DNA of 64,000 nucleotides. It comes from Nemertoderma westbladi (lineage: Eukaryota; Animalia; Xenacoelomorpha). This document shows positions 14,601 through 27,200 of this stretch, in pieces; positions within the stretch are counted from its first letter, which is position 1; each line of letters starts with the position of its first letter. The notes below the pieces were generated by a model. The model was not told the origin of the DNA. It saw nothing but the letters and a program-made list of their open reading frames with translations, and did not search any database. Location of the stretch: the NCBI GenBank assembly GCA_032718475.1, contig JAUCBJ010002550.1:1-64000 (forward strand). The letters are read 5' to 3'. Both the position numbers and the translations under genes were made by a program.

Positions 14601-17600
14601 AGAGCCTATACTATACTATAATACATCCTGTAGTTACCACGTAGAACGAACCTGTACTATAATACATCCTGTAGTTACCACGTAGAGCCTATACTATACT
14701 ATAATACATCCTGTAGTTACCACGTAGAACCTATACTATAATACATCCTGTAGTTACCACGTAGAACGAACCTGTACTATAATACATCCTGTAGTTACCA
14801 CGTAGAGCCTAACCTATACTATAATACATCCTGTAGTTACCACGTAGAGCCTATACTATACTATAATACATCCTGTAGTTACCACGTAGAACCTATACTA
14901 TAATACATCCTGTAGTTACCACGTAGAACGAACCTATACTATAATACATCCTGTAGTTACCACGTAGAGCCTAACTATACTATAATACATCCTGTAGTTA
15001 CCACGTAGAGCGAACCTGTACTATAATACATCCTGTAGTTACCACGTAGAGCCTATACTATACTATAATACATCCTGTAGTTACCACGTAGAACGAACCT
15101 GTACTATAATACATCCTGTAGTTACCACGTAGAACCTATACTATACTATAATACATCCTGTAGTTACCACGTAGAACAACTATACTATAATACATCCTGT
15201 AGTTACCACGTAGAACGAACCTGTACTATAATACATCCTGTAGTTACCACGTAGAGCGAACCTGTACTATAATACATCCTGTAGTTACCACGTAGAACGA
15301 ACCTGTACTATAATACATCCTGTAGTTACCACGTAGAACCTATACTATACTATAATACATCCTGTAGTTACCACGTAGAACCTATACTATACTATAATAC
15401 ATCCTGTAGTTACCACGTAGAACCTATACTATAATACATCCTGTAGTTACCACGTAGAACGAACCTATACTATAATACATCCTGTAGTTACCACGTAGAG
15501 CCTATACTATACTATAATACATCCTGTAGTTACCACGTAGAACCTATACTATACTATAATACATCCTGTAGTTACCACGTAGAACCTATACTATAATACA
15601 TCCTGTAGTTACCACGTAGAACGAACCTGTACTATAATACATCCTGTAGTTACCACGTAGAACCTATACTATACTATAATACATCCTGTAGTTACCACGT
15701 AGAGCCTATACTATACTATAATACATCCTGTAGTTACCACGTAGAACCTATACTATAATACATCCTGTAGTTACCACGTAGAACGAACCTGTACTATAAT
15801 ACATCCTGTAGTTACCACGTAGAGCCTAACCTATACTATAATACATCCTGTAGTTACCACGTAGAACGAACCTGTACTATAATACATCCTGTAGTTACCA
15901 CGTAGAACCTATACTATACTATAATACATCCTGTAGTTACCACGTAGAACCTATACTATAATACATCCTGTAGTTACCACGTAGAACGAACCTGTACTAT
16001 AATACATCCTGTAGTTACCACGTAGAACCTATACTATACTATAATACATCCTGTAGTTACCACGTAGAGCCTATACTATACTATAATACATCCTGTAGTT
16101 ACCACGTAGAGCCTATACTATACTATAATACATCCTGTAGTTACCACGTAGAACCTATACTATAATACATCCTGTAGTTACCACGTAGAGCCAACCTATA
16201 CTATAATACATCCTGTAGTTACCACGTAGAACGAACCTATACTATAATACATCCTGTAGTTACCACGTAGAGCCTATACTATACTATAATACATCCTGTA
16301 GTTACCACGTAGAACCTATACTATAATACATCCTGTAGTTACCACGTAGAACGAACCTGTACTATAATACATCCTGTAGTTACCACGTAGAGCCTATACT
16401 ATACTATAATACATCCTGTAGTTACCACGTAGAGCCTATACTATACTATAATACATCCTGTAGTTACCACGTAGAGCCTATACTATACTATAATACATCC
16501 TGTAGTTACCACGTAGAACCTATACTATAATACATCCTGTAGTTACCACGTAGAACGAACCTGTACTATAATACATCCTGTAGTTACCACGTAGAACCTA
16601 TACTATACTATAATACATCCTGTAGTTACCACGTAGAGCCTATACTATACTATAATACATCCTGTAGTTACCACGTAGAACCTATACTATAATACATCCT
16701 GTAGTTACCACGTAGAACGAACCTGTACTATAATACATCCTGTAGTTACCACGTAGAGCCTATACTATACTATAATACATCCTGTAGTTACCACGTAGAA
16801 CGAACCTATACTATAATACATCCTGTAGTTACCACGTAGAACCTATACTATACTATAATACATCCTGTAGTTACCACGTAGAACCTATACTATAATACAT
16901 CCTGTAGTTACCACGTAGAACGAACCTGTACTATAATACATCCTGTAGTTACCACGTAGAACCTATACTATACTATAATACATCCTGTAGTTACCACGTA
17001 GAGCCTATACTATACTATAATACACCCTGTAGTTACCACGTAGAGCCTATACTATACTATAATACATCCTGTAGTTACCACGTAGAACCTATACTATAAT
17101 ACATCCTGTAGTTACCACGTAGAGCCTATACTATACTATAATACATCCTGTAGTTACCACGTAGAGCCTATACTATACTATAATACATCCTGTAGTTACC
17201 ACGTAGAGCCTATACTATACTATAATACATCCTGTAGTTACCACGTAGAGCCTATACTATAATACATCCTGTAGTTACCACGTAGAGCCTATACTATAAT
17301 ACATCCTGTAGTTACCACGTAGAGCCTATACTATACTATAATACATCCTGTAGTTACCACGTAGAGCCTATACTATAATACATCCTGTAGTTACCACGTA
17401 GAGCCTATACTATAATACACCCTGTAGTTACCACGTAGAGCCTATACTATAATACATCCTGTAGTTACCACGTAGAGCCTATACTATACTATAATACATC
17501 CTGTAGTTACCACGTAGAGCCTATACTATAATACATCCTGTAGTTACCACGTAGAGCCTATACTATAATACATCCTGTAGTTACCACGTAGAGCCTATAC

Positions 17601-20600
17601 TATACTATAATACATCCTGTAGTTACCACGTAGAACCTATACTATACTATAATACATCCTGTAGTTACCACGTAGAACCTATACTATACTATAATACATC
17701 CTGTAGTTACCACGTAGAGCCTATACTATACTATAATACATCCTGTAGTTACCACGTAGAACGAACCTGTACTATAATACATCCTGTAGTTACCACGTAG
17801 AGCCTATACTATACTATAATACATCCTGTAGTTACCACGTAGAACCTATACTATACTATAATACATCCTGTAGTTACCACGTAGAGCCTATACTATACTA
17901 TAATACATCCTGTAGTTACCACGTAGAGCCTATACTATACTATAATACATCCTGTAGTTACCACGTAGAGCCTATACTATACTATAATACATCCTGTAGT
18001 TACCACGTAGAGCCTATACTATACTATAATACATCCTGTAGTTACCACGTAGAGCCTATACTATACTATAATACATCCTGTAGTTACCACGTAGAGCCTA
18101 TACTATAATACATCCTGTAGTTACCACGTAGAACGAACCTATACTATAATACATCCTGTAGTTACCACGTAGAGCCTATACTATACTATAATACATCCTG
18201 TAGTTACCACGTAGAGCCTATACTATACTATAATACATCCTGTAGTTACCACGTAGAACGAACCTATACTATAATACATCCTGTAGTTACCACGTAGAGC
18301 GAACCTGTACTATAATACATCCTGTAGTTACCACGTAGAACGAACCTATACTATAATACATCCTGTAGTTACCACGTAGAGCCTATACTATACTATAATA
18401 CATCCTGTAGTTACCACGTAGAGACCTATACTATAATACATCCTGTAGTTACCACGTAGAACGAACCTGTACTATAATACATCCTGTAGTTACCACGTAG
18501 AACCTATACTATACTATAATACATCCTGTAGTTACCACGTAGAGCCTATACTATAATACATCCTGTAGTTACCACGTAGAACCTATACTATACTATAATA
18601 CACCCTGTAGTTACCACGTAGAGCCTATACTATAATACATCCTGTAGTTACCACGTAGAGCCCTATACTATAATACATCCTGTAGTTACCACGTAGAACC
18701 TATACTATACTATAATACATCCTGTAGTTACCACGTAGAACCTATACTATACTATAATACATCCTGTAGTTACCACGTAGAACCTATACTATACTATAAT
18801 ACACCCTGTAGTTACCACGTAGAACGAACCTATACTATAATACATCCTGTAGTTACCACGTAGAGCCTATACTATACTATAATACATCCTGTAGTTACCA
18901 CGTAGAGCCTATACTATACTATAATACATCCTGTAGTTACCACGTAGAGCCTATACTATACTATAATACATCCTGTAGTTACCACGTAGAACCTATACTA
19001 TACTATAATACATCCTGTAGTTACCACGTAGAGCCTATACTATACTATAATACATCCTGTAGTTACCACGTAGAGCCTATACTATACTATAATACATCCT
19101 GTAGTTACCACGTAGAGCCTATACTATACTATAATACATCCTGTAGTTACCACGTAGAGCCTATACTATACTATAATACATCCTGTAGTTACCACGTAGA
19201 GCCTATACTATAATACATCCTGTAGTTACCACGTAGAACGAACCTATACTATAATACATCCTGTAGTTACCACGTAGAACCTATACTATACTATAATACA
19301 TCCTGTAGTTACCACGTAGAGCCTATACTATACTATAATACATCCTGTAGTTACCACGTAGAGCCTATACTATAATACATCCTGTAGTTACCACGTAGAA
19401 CGAACCTGTACTATAATACATCCTGTAGTTACCACGTAGAGCCTATACTATACTATAATACATCCTGTAGTTACCACGTAGAGCCTATACTATACTATAA
19501 TACATCCTGTAGTTACCACGTAGAGCCTATACTATAATACATCCTGTAGTTACCACGTAGAACGAACCTATACTATAATACATCCTGTAGTTACCACGTA
19601 GAACCTATACTATACTATAATACATCCTGTAGTTACCACGTAGAGCCTATACTATACTATAATACATCCTGTAGTTACCACGTAGAGCCTATACTATAAT
19701 ACATCCTGTAGTTACCACGTAGAACGAACCTGTACTATAATACATCCTGTAGTTACCACGTAGAGCCTATACTATACTATAATACATCCTGTAGTTACCA
19801 CGTAGAGCCTATACTATACTATAATACATCCTGTAGTTACCACGTAGAACGAACCTGTACTATAATACATCCTGTAGTTACCACGTAGAGCGAACCTGTA
19901 CTATAATACATCCTGTAGTTACCACGTAGAACGAACCTATACTATAATACATCCTGTAGTTACCACGTAGAACCTATACTATACTATAATACACCCTGTA
20001 GTTACCACGTAGAACCTATACTATAATACATCCTGTAGTTACCACGTAGAACGAACCTGTACTATAATACATCCTGTAGTTACCACGTAGAGCCTATACT
20101 ATACTATAATACATCCTGTAGTTACCACGTAGAGCCTATACTATAATACATCCTGTAGTTACCACGTAGAACCTATACTATACTATAATACATCCTGTAG
20201 TTACCACGTAGAGCCTATACTATACTATAATACATCCTGTAGTTACCACGTAGAGCCTATACTATACTATAATACATCCTGTAGTTACCACGTAGAACCT
20301 ATACTATACTATAATACATCCTGTAGTTACCACGTAGAACCTATACTATACTATAATACATCCTGTAGTTACCACGTAGAGCCTATACTATACTATAATA
20401 CATCCTGTAGTTACCACGTAGAACGATACCTATACTATAATACATCCTGTAGTTACCACGTAGAGCCTATACTATACTATAATACATCCTGTAGTTACCA
20501 CGTAGAGCCTATACTATACTATAATACATCCTGTAGTTACCACGTAGAGCCTATACTATACTATAATACATCCTGTAGTTACCACGTAGAACCTATACTA

Positions 20601-21504
20601 TACTATAATACATCCTGTAGTTACCACGTAGAGCCTATACTATACTATAATACATCCTGTAGTTACCACGTAGAGCCTATACTATACTATAATACATCCT
20701 GTAGTTACCACGTAGAGCCTATACTATACTATAATACATCCTGTAGTTACCACGTAGAGCCTATACTATACTATAATACATCCTGTAGTTACCACGTAGA
20801 GCCTATACTATAATACATCCTGTAGTTACCACGTAGAACGAACCTATACTATAATACATCCTGTAGTTACCACGTAGAACCTATACTATACTATAATACA
20901 TCCTGTAGTTACCACGTAGAGCCTATACTATACTATAATACATCCTGTAGTTACCACGTAGAGCCTATACTATAATACATCCTGTAGTTACCACGTAGAA
21001 CGAACCTGTACTATAATACATCCTGTAGTTACCACGTAGAGCCTATACTATACTATAATACATCCTGTAGTTACCACGTAGAGCCTATACTATACTATAA
21101 TACATCCTGTAGTTACCACGTAGAGCCTATACTATAATACATCCTGTAGTTACCACGTAGAACGAACCTATACTATAATACATCCTGTAGTTACCACGTA
21201 GAACCTATACTATACTATAATACATCCTGTAGTTACCACGTAGAGCCTATACTATACTATAATACATCCTGTAGTTACCACGTAGAGCCTATACTATAAT
21301 ACATCCTGTAGTTACCACGTAGAACGAACCTGTACTATAATACATCCTGTAGTTACCACGTAGAGCCTATACTATACTATAATACATCCTGTAGTTACCA
21401 CGTAGAGCCTATACTATACTATAATACATCCTGTAGTTACCACGTAGAGCCTATACTATAATACATCCTGTAGTTACCACGTAGAACCTATACTATACTA
21501 TAAT
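8622..21504. repeat. Satellite DNA, same family (main block)
   Basis: Same 31-bp core and linker set; the 42-bp GCCTATACTAT monomer predominates. Confidence 0.99.
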
Positions 21505-21630
21505 TATAGAATTATATTCCCTAAATGCCGTGGATTTTCAAAATTTTATTTTATTCGGATTAACTTTGTAAAGATTGCTTTGAGTTCTCATTCGTATTGG
21601 TTCTATCTATTATGCATCTATCGGTCAAGT

Positions 21631-21717
21631 GGTTCAGTAGCTCAGTCGGTAGAGCGTTGGAAATTATGTGTGTAGTAGGTATCGAGTTCGAATCCTAGTA
21701 AGTGCGAATTATTTTTT
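21631..21717 (+). ncRNA. tRNA-derived Pol III-type cassette inside the LTR (not a functional tRNA)
   Basis: A box/D-arm TAGCTCAGTCGGTAGAGC at 21638-21655, B box GAGTTCGAATCC at 21684-21695, T6 run at 21712-21717. Acceptor and anticodon stems do not pair. Confidence 0.7.
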
Positions 21718-21913
21718 GTGCAGAATTTCAACTCATTTAAATTAACCGCTACAAATTAATTGCATTTATCTGTACCAATGAGACTGTAGTTATTTGATTG
21801 TAACCAATGTCGTGCAAGTTATATATTAGCTGGACCAATAGCTATCTTTAAAACCTTGTTAGAACCTATAGAACAATCGAGAATTTTCTCGATTGATTGC
21901 AGCACAAATTTGG

Positions 21914-22038
21914 TATATAAAGGTGCGATTTCGTTCATTAGTTCACTACTCAATCACTTCAATATTCACATCATTATTCTGTCGTGCTTAGTTTATTCTC
22001 AGATTACATTGTATTATAATTGTATCTTCTGTAATAAA
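21914..22038 (+). promoter_or_regulatory. Putative LTR Pol II core promoter and poly(A) signal
   Basis: TATATAAA at 21914-21921 downstream of several CCAAT boxes (about 21775-21840). Initiator-like TTAGTT about 25 bp later, AATAAA at 22033-22038. Confidence 0.5.
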
Positions 22039-24218
22039 GTCAGAATATTCCCTCAGTTTTCTATCTGTTTTACTATGGTTTCACTACGGTGAACAAACTC
22101 AGGGACAGGATGGCCAGCTAGAGATCGGGCCGCAGCAATGAACGGGAACATCACGGGAATGTAGACGAGAGACAACCCGCAATACCTTTAGAGTTATTCG
22201 CCCATCGCCTGAAAGGTTAGACAGCGTTTGATCCTTGCTACCTAAGTGTAAGACCAAAAGATCAACAGGTAGAAGTAGTGACACGCTGTAAGCCCAAAAT
22301 TACATCATAGGGACTGTACTGTCTTGATTCAGGAAAACCCACAGTAGACCTTCACATTCCTACGGGGGGAGAGCGCAGGCAGATACTAGTACGCAGATAG
22401 GACGTAGGCACACCGGTACAAGGCATACACATTGGTTAGGGTGCAGCAAACTGTACGCTTAACTCTTGCTAAGTACAGGTGCGCGTGCGACTATTTGCAG
22501 TACGACAGTGTCCATTGCATTAGAACTTGTAGGCTAAGGGGGTTGCTGTGTTTTCACCTGAATTGGGATTGTACCGTTCAGGCGGTAGGGCAGTTTACAC
22601 TAGGCGCAAATAAATTGAGGCTATCAGGGATATACTAACATCTACCGTGTCCCCGCCAACGCCCTAATAGGAAGTTACCTGGACTACCTGGGTGACTAAA
22701 ATTCTAGATAGGAGCCAGGATAGCTATTAGTACCCGTACGCCTACAGTAGTAAACTAACACATCTCTTCTTAGTATCAGGGACCTGGTACCTAAAATTGC
22801 CGAATTCTGGGCGTAGTATTAACCTTATGCCTGAATTTGAGTCCTGGAAATACGCAAGAGGGGAAGGAACCTTATCATTCGTGAGTATTGGACCTACAAG
22901 TTACAAAATTAGAATATTCGTAAAATGCACACCGTACCCAGTAATTATATATGTGAAGGAGCAAAACTGTTTTGACCGTTCAGAATTAACACACGCGCGT
23001 TAGAAATTATTTACACCTCGAAATATATAAAATTAACTTAGTCCGTACTGTGCTTTGCCCGCTAGTTAGACATCTCCAAATCTCTGCCTGTACCTAGCTA
23101 GCGTCCCTTCGCCCAACCATATAAATCACACCGCGGCAAAGTATACGAGCCTCTTAGTCCGTCAGTGAGTCAGCCTGATTTTAGGATTCGCTGCGCGGGA
23201 TTTTGTTTTATCGAAGTTTGTCTGCTCGTAGACTGTTTTCTGCCTCACCGGTTATAAGAGATCGATACTGCAATATATTCGCTTACTTAGGGTTTACTGT
23301 TTTGGTGAGAAGGTCGGATTTATGATTTGATTTACAAACTTTACAGTAGGATATTGCAGGTATTGTTACCGTCTCTTCCGATAGTAGGAATAGGCGTATC
23401 TCTTCAATTAGTAGGAATGTGTTTTACTGAACTACGGTTCGGTAGGACTAAAGTTTTTTGAAAAATTTGTATTTTGAGGTAAAATTTTGTATTTGATTAG
23501 CTAAGTGCTAATTTTTTGAAATAAAATTTGATTTGAACCGCGTGTAAAATATTTTTGGAATTGAATACCGGTGTTTAAAAGGGTTTAAATACCATATTGT
23601 ACCGGTACAAAATTTTCGTAAAGTAAAACCTAACTCTTTTGTTTTTCAGGATTCAGAACTCATTTCTAGACTGTAACGGGAGCAAGACCGTGTTTAGCAA
23701 GTTTGGGAGATAGATAACTCAACAACTTTGGTTGGGAAAATCGCGTTTCGTCCGCAACGTTAAAAACGGAAAGGTTCACGTTCGGTTTGTATCTGGGAAT
23801 CTGTTTTTCTGGAGAATTATTGGAGTGGGTGAGTTCGAAAAGTTGCATAAATAAGTTAGGCATTACCGTATTAGTTAAAATTATTGTGGGTTCCACTGTC
23901 TCAAGTATTTATGCATTCCGTACGATTTCTTTGTTCATTGCTGAATTAGTCCGTATTATTGTATTTAATTTACCTTTTGATAACGCATATCGTTATCCGA
24001 TTTATTTGTTGTAAAATTGGCCGCTAGGCTAATTTTATTATATACTTATTCCGTGACATTTATTTGCTGTAAAATTGGCCGTTTAGGCTAATTTTATCCA
24101 TCTGCTATAAAATCGGCCGGTAGGCTAATTTTATAAGACTGTAATTAGTACCGTTTTGTATAAATACGGTAAAACTCGATACTTTGACACTCACTTTACT
24201 TGACTTACAACTACCGAA

Positions 24219-27200
24219 ATGAGTGACAAACAAGACTATACGAAGAACACACAAACCGACTATGACTCGTGTGACGGAGATAAGTCAGCAGCGGAAGAAC
24301 AACAGGGGAAGACTCGCGAGCCTACCGAACCTACACCGTGTGCGTCACCAGTACATCCAACGGGAGTACCGGATGCCGTAGTACGAGGCGACGGCAGGAC
24401 CGAGGACTTTCTAACTGTTCCGCAACCTAGATATAGGGAAACGGAAATGGTAAGTTCAGCAGGAAGCACAGAAAGTGTGGTTAGAAGCGTCGGTGGATAC
24501 ATGGCGCATATTACCAGGAGTATTGGAGAAGGCCAACGCATATTAGACGGGTTGACCGCTCCGATGTCTCGATTCGAGTTCTACACCCTCCAGGTTAGAG
24601 TACAGAGTAAAGTATATAAGTCCGTAGATAATCTAGTTGGCCTACAAGATCTAGCTAGACAGAGACAGGACATGGATACTCAACTTAGAATCCTCGAGAA
24701 ACTAATGATCACTAGAGAGAAACTGATTCAGTTTAAGTCGACGATTAGACAGATACAACAGGAACAAGCGGACCAGTTGTTAGGTGAGTCAGTTTCGGAC
24801 GAATTATTGCAACCCGAGGAAGAACAGGAACTGTACCGACTGGATGGACAATTGAAACATCTGACGGACCACTTACGTATGTGCGGCGAAGACGTCGGCG
24901 ATTTGGAAACCGTGCCGGAATATACGAAAGAAACTTCACCCGTACGAATTGAATCGGCACCGGGAATACTGGACCAATCGTTGGTAAGTATTCGTAGCGA
25001 AATCTGCGAGGGAAGTATAGTCACGTCAGAAGTTGCTCGACAACAGCAAGAATTCCACCGACAACGACAAGAAATGGAAGAACAAGCTCAACTTCTAGTG
25101 ATGCAAGCAGCAGTAGAGGAAGAGAAGCTACGCGTTGCGAATATAGCAAGAATCTCTCATCTACAGGAACAAGCTGAATTAGAAGCAGCTGAAGTAGAAA
25201 GGTTAGAGTTAGACATTGCCCGACAAGCGGCAGCGGCAGCGGCAGAGTCAGAGCGACAAGCGGCAGCGGCAGCGGCAGAGTCAGAGCGACAAGCGGCAGC
25301 GGCAGCGGCAGAGTCAGAGCGACAAGCGGCAGCGGCAGCGGCGGAATTAGAACGAGACAGGTTAGTTTCGGAGGCGCGGGCCGAAATGAAAACACGGCAA
25401 ATAAAGGCTCAATCCGCTATACGACAAGCGGAGTTTGAGGCGCAACGACAACAAACGGAACAACGAGAGAAGACAGCTAAACTTCATTTCGAACTTGAGA
25501 AGAAGGCGAGAGAATTAGCGAACGCTGAGGAAGATCTGGATCAAAGGGCCCGCGATCGTTCGATGAGATCTCGTGACGGACATGATTTGGACCAGTTAGA
25601 GGTAAGACATCGCCAAATTCAGGAACGGAAGAAGGAAGGAAGCGTAGGAGCACCCGGACGGGAACGACAATTAGTAAAGGACGTGTGTCAACGATTCCCA
25701 CAGGTAACTCATATGTTTGCACCGGTTACGACTAAGGAACCTGTTTCGATTGCGGGTAGTAGTGATATTTCTCCTATCCATGGTGCGACGGAACACAGGT
25801 TTGTTATTCCGGACGAGTTTATACCGCCAAGAGCAACGTCGTCGCCCATTCCGAAAGTCAAGGTAAGTAACCCACCGATTACGGATCGTAGTAGTTTATT
25901 AACCGGACCCGCACTACTGACGACAAAACAGGTGAGTCCACCTTTGACACCTAAACCCGTTACACATTACGCTTATCCAATGACGTTTCGACCTACAAGG
26001 CCAGTTGTTTCAAATGCTGTCATTCGCCCACCGAACCAGTTTACATCGCAATCTACGACTTCGAGGAAGACTTGTGAGCCTACCGAACAACGAAGAACAG
26101 TGGAGACGCGACCATTCAACCAGTTTACATCGCAATCTACGACTTCGAGGAAGACTTGTGAGCCTACCGAACAACGGAGATCAGTGGACGATGTTCCGAA
26201 ACGAACCGTTAGAATTCGTACGACGCAACGAACGCGAGCACGTCGACCACCATATCCAGATGATAGTAGTACTTCGAGCGAATCGGATTACCCGAAACGC
26301 GAGGTATTTAGAACAGGGGCGGCCGATGAATATAAACGCGAGCGTTCAGACAACTCTTTTGCAGACAATCCTCCACAGAATACACCGACACAGAAGGCGT
26401 TACCACCAGCGGGCGCGATCGGTGCACAACAGTTCGCCGACATTGTCAACAAGTTGGCCCGGATTGAGGAACGTCTGGAGGAAGGTTACACCGACAGTTC
26501 GAGAAATTCCGAATTCGAACACAATAGACACCCGAAGGGACCACAAAGACCAGTACCTTCAAACCCCACAAGCGATCAGGGAAAAGCGCCAAGAAGGGAG
26601 AACATCAACCAGACTACCAACCAAGGACGCGAAACTCTGAACGTTGCCGAGGAGATAGCGAAATTCGCAGCCAGACAAGGATTGCCGGTACAACAACCAC
26701 CGAAGTTTTCCGGTAGCTCAAAACACTGGCATACCTTCGTAGACTATATCGAATCCCAGATCGCCGTGTGCGCCTTTACATCACGGGAGAAGTTCAATTA
26801 CCTGCTCCAAACGTTGTCAGGAGAACCTAAACGTTTGGCGGAGACCTTCGTCGGTGTACCAGACGCTTTCGAACTAGCGTACGATCGTTTGACTTCGATA
26901 TACGGAGGTACAGTGAGTATGGCCAGGTCAGTAATAGAAGAACTCTGTAAGGGAGGGGCTATCACTAAACCCGTCGACTTACTAAAACTGGCTGACGAGA
27001 TTAAGAACGCTATCACTACCTTAAGATCAATTGGACAACTTGATTACGGGAATACCCCTACAGTTCTATTAAAGATAATAGGACGACTCCACCATCGACT
27101 CCGTCGGGAGTGGAGGAAGGTCGAATACCAGCGGGAGGAGCGGGGAGGATTCTTAAAATTAGAAGATGTGTACCTTTTAATATCCAGGGAGGCGGTAGTA

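Larger units (their letters stand above)
21505..23410 (+). repeat. 5' LTR of BEL-1 (1906 bp, TATAG...AATTA)
   Basis: Matches 36146-36286 plus 40060-41824; identity starts and stops exactly at these positions. Confidence 0.92.

Noticed and set aside
1-21504. CRISPR array (constant repeat plus variable spacer)
   Set aside because: Linkers are 6-11 bp and come from a few recurring types rather than unique spacers; no cas genes; eukaryotic retroelement context.
21631-21705. Functional tRNA gene
   Set aside because: Acceptor and anticodon stems do not pair; only the A/B boxes and D-arm remain.
21856-23003. Short ORFs in the LTR (repeated at 40270-41417)
   Set aside because: Non-ATG starts and no motifs; they are duplicated only because the LTR is.
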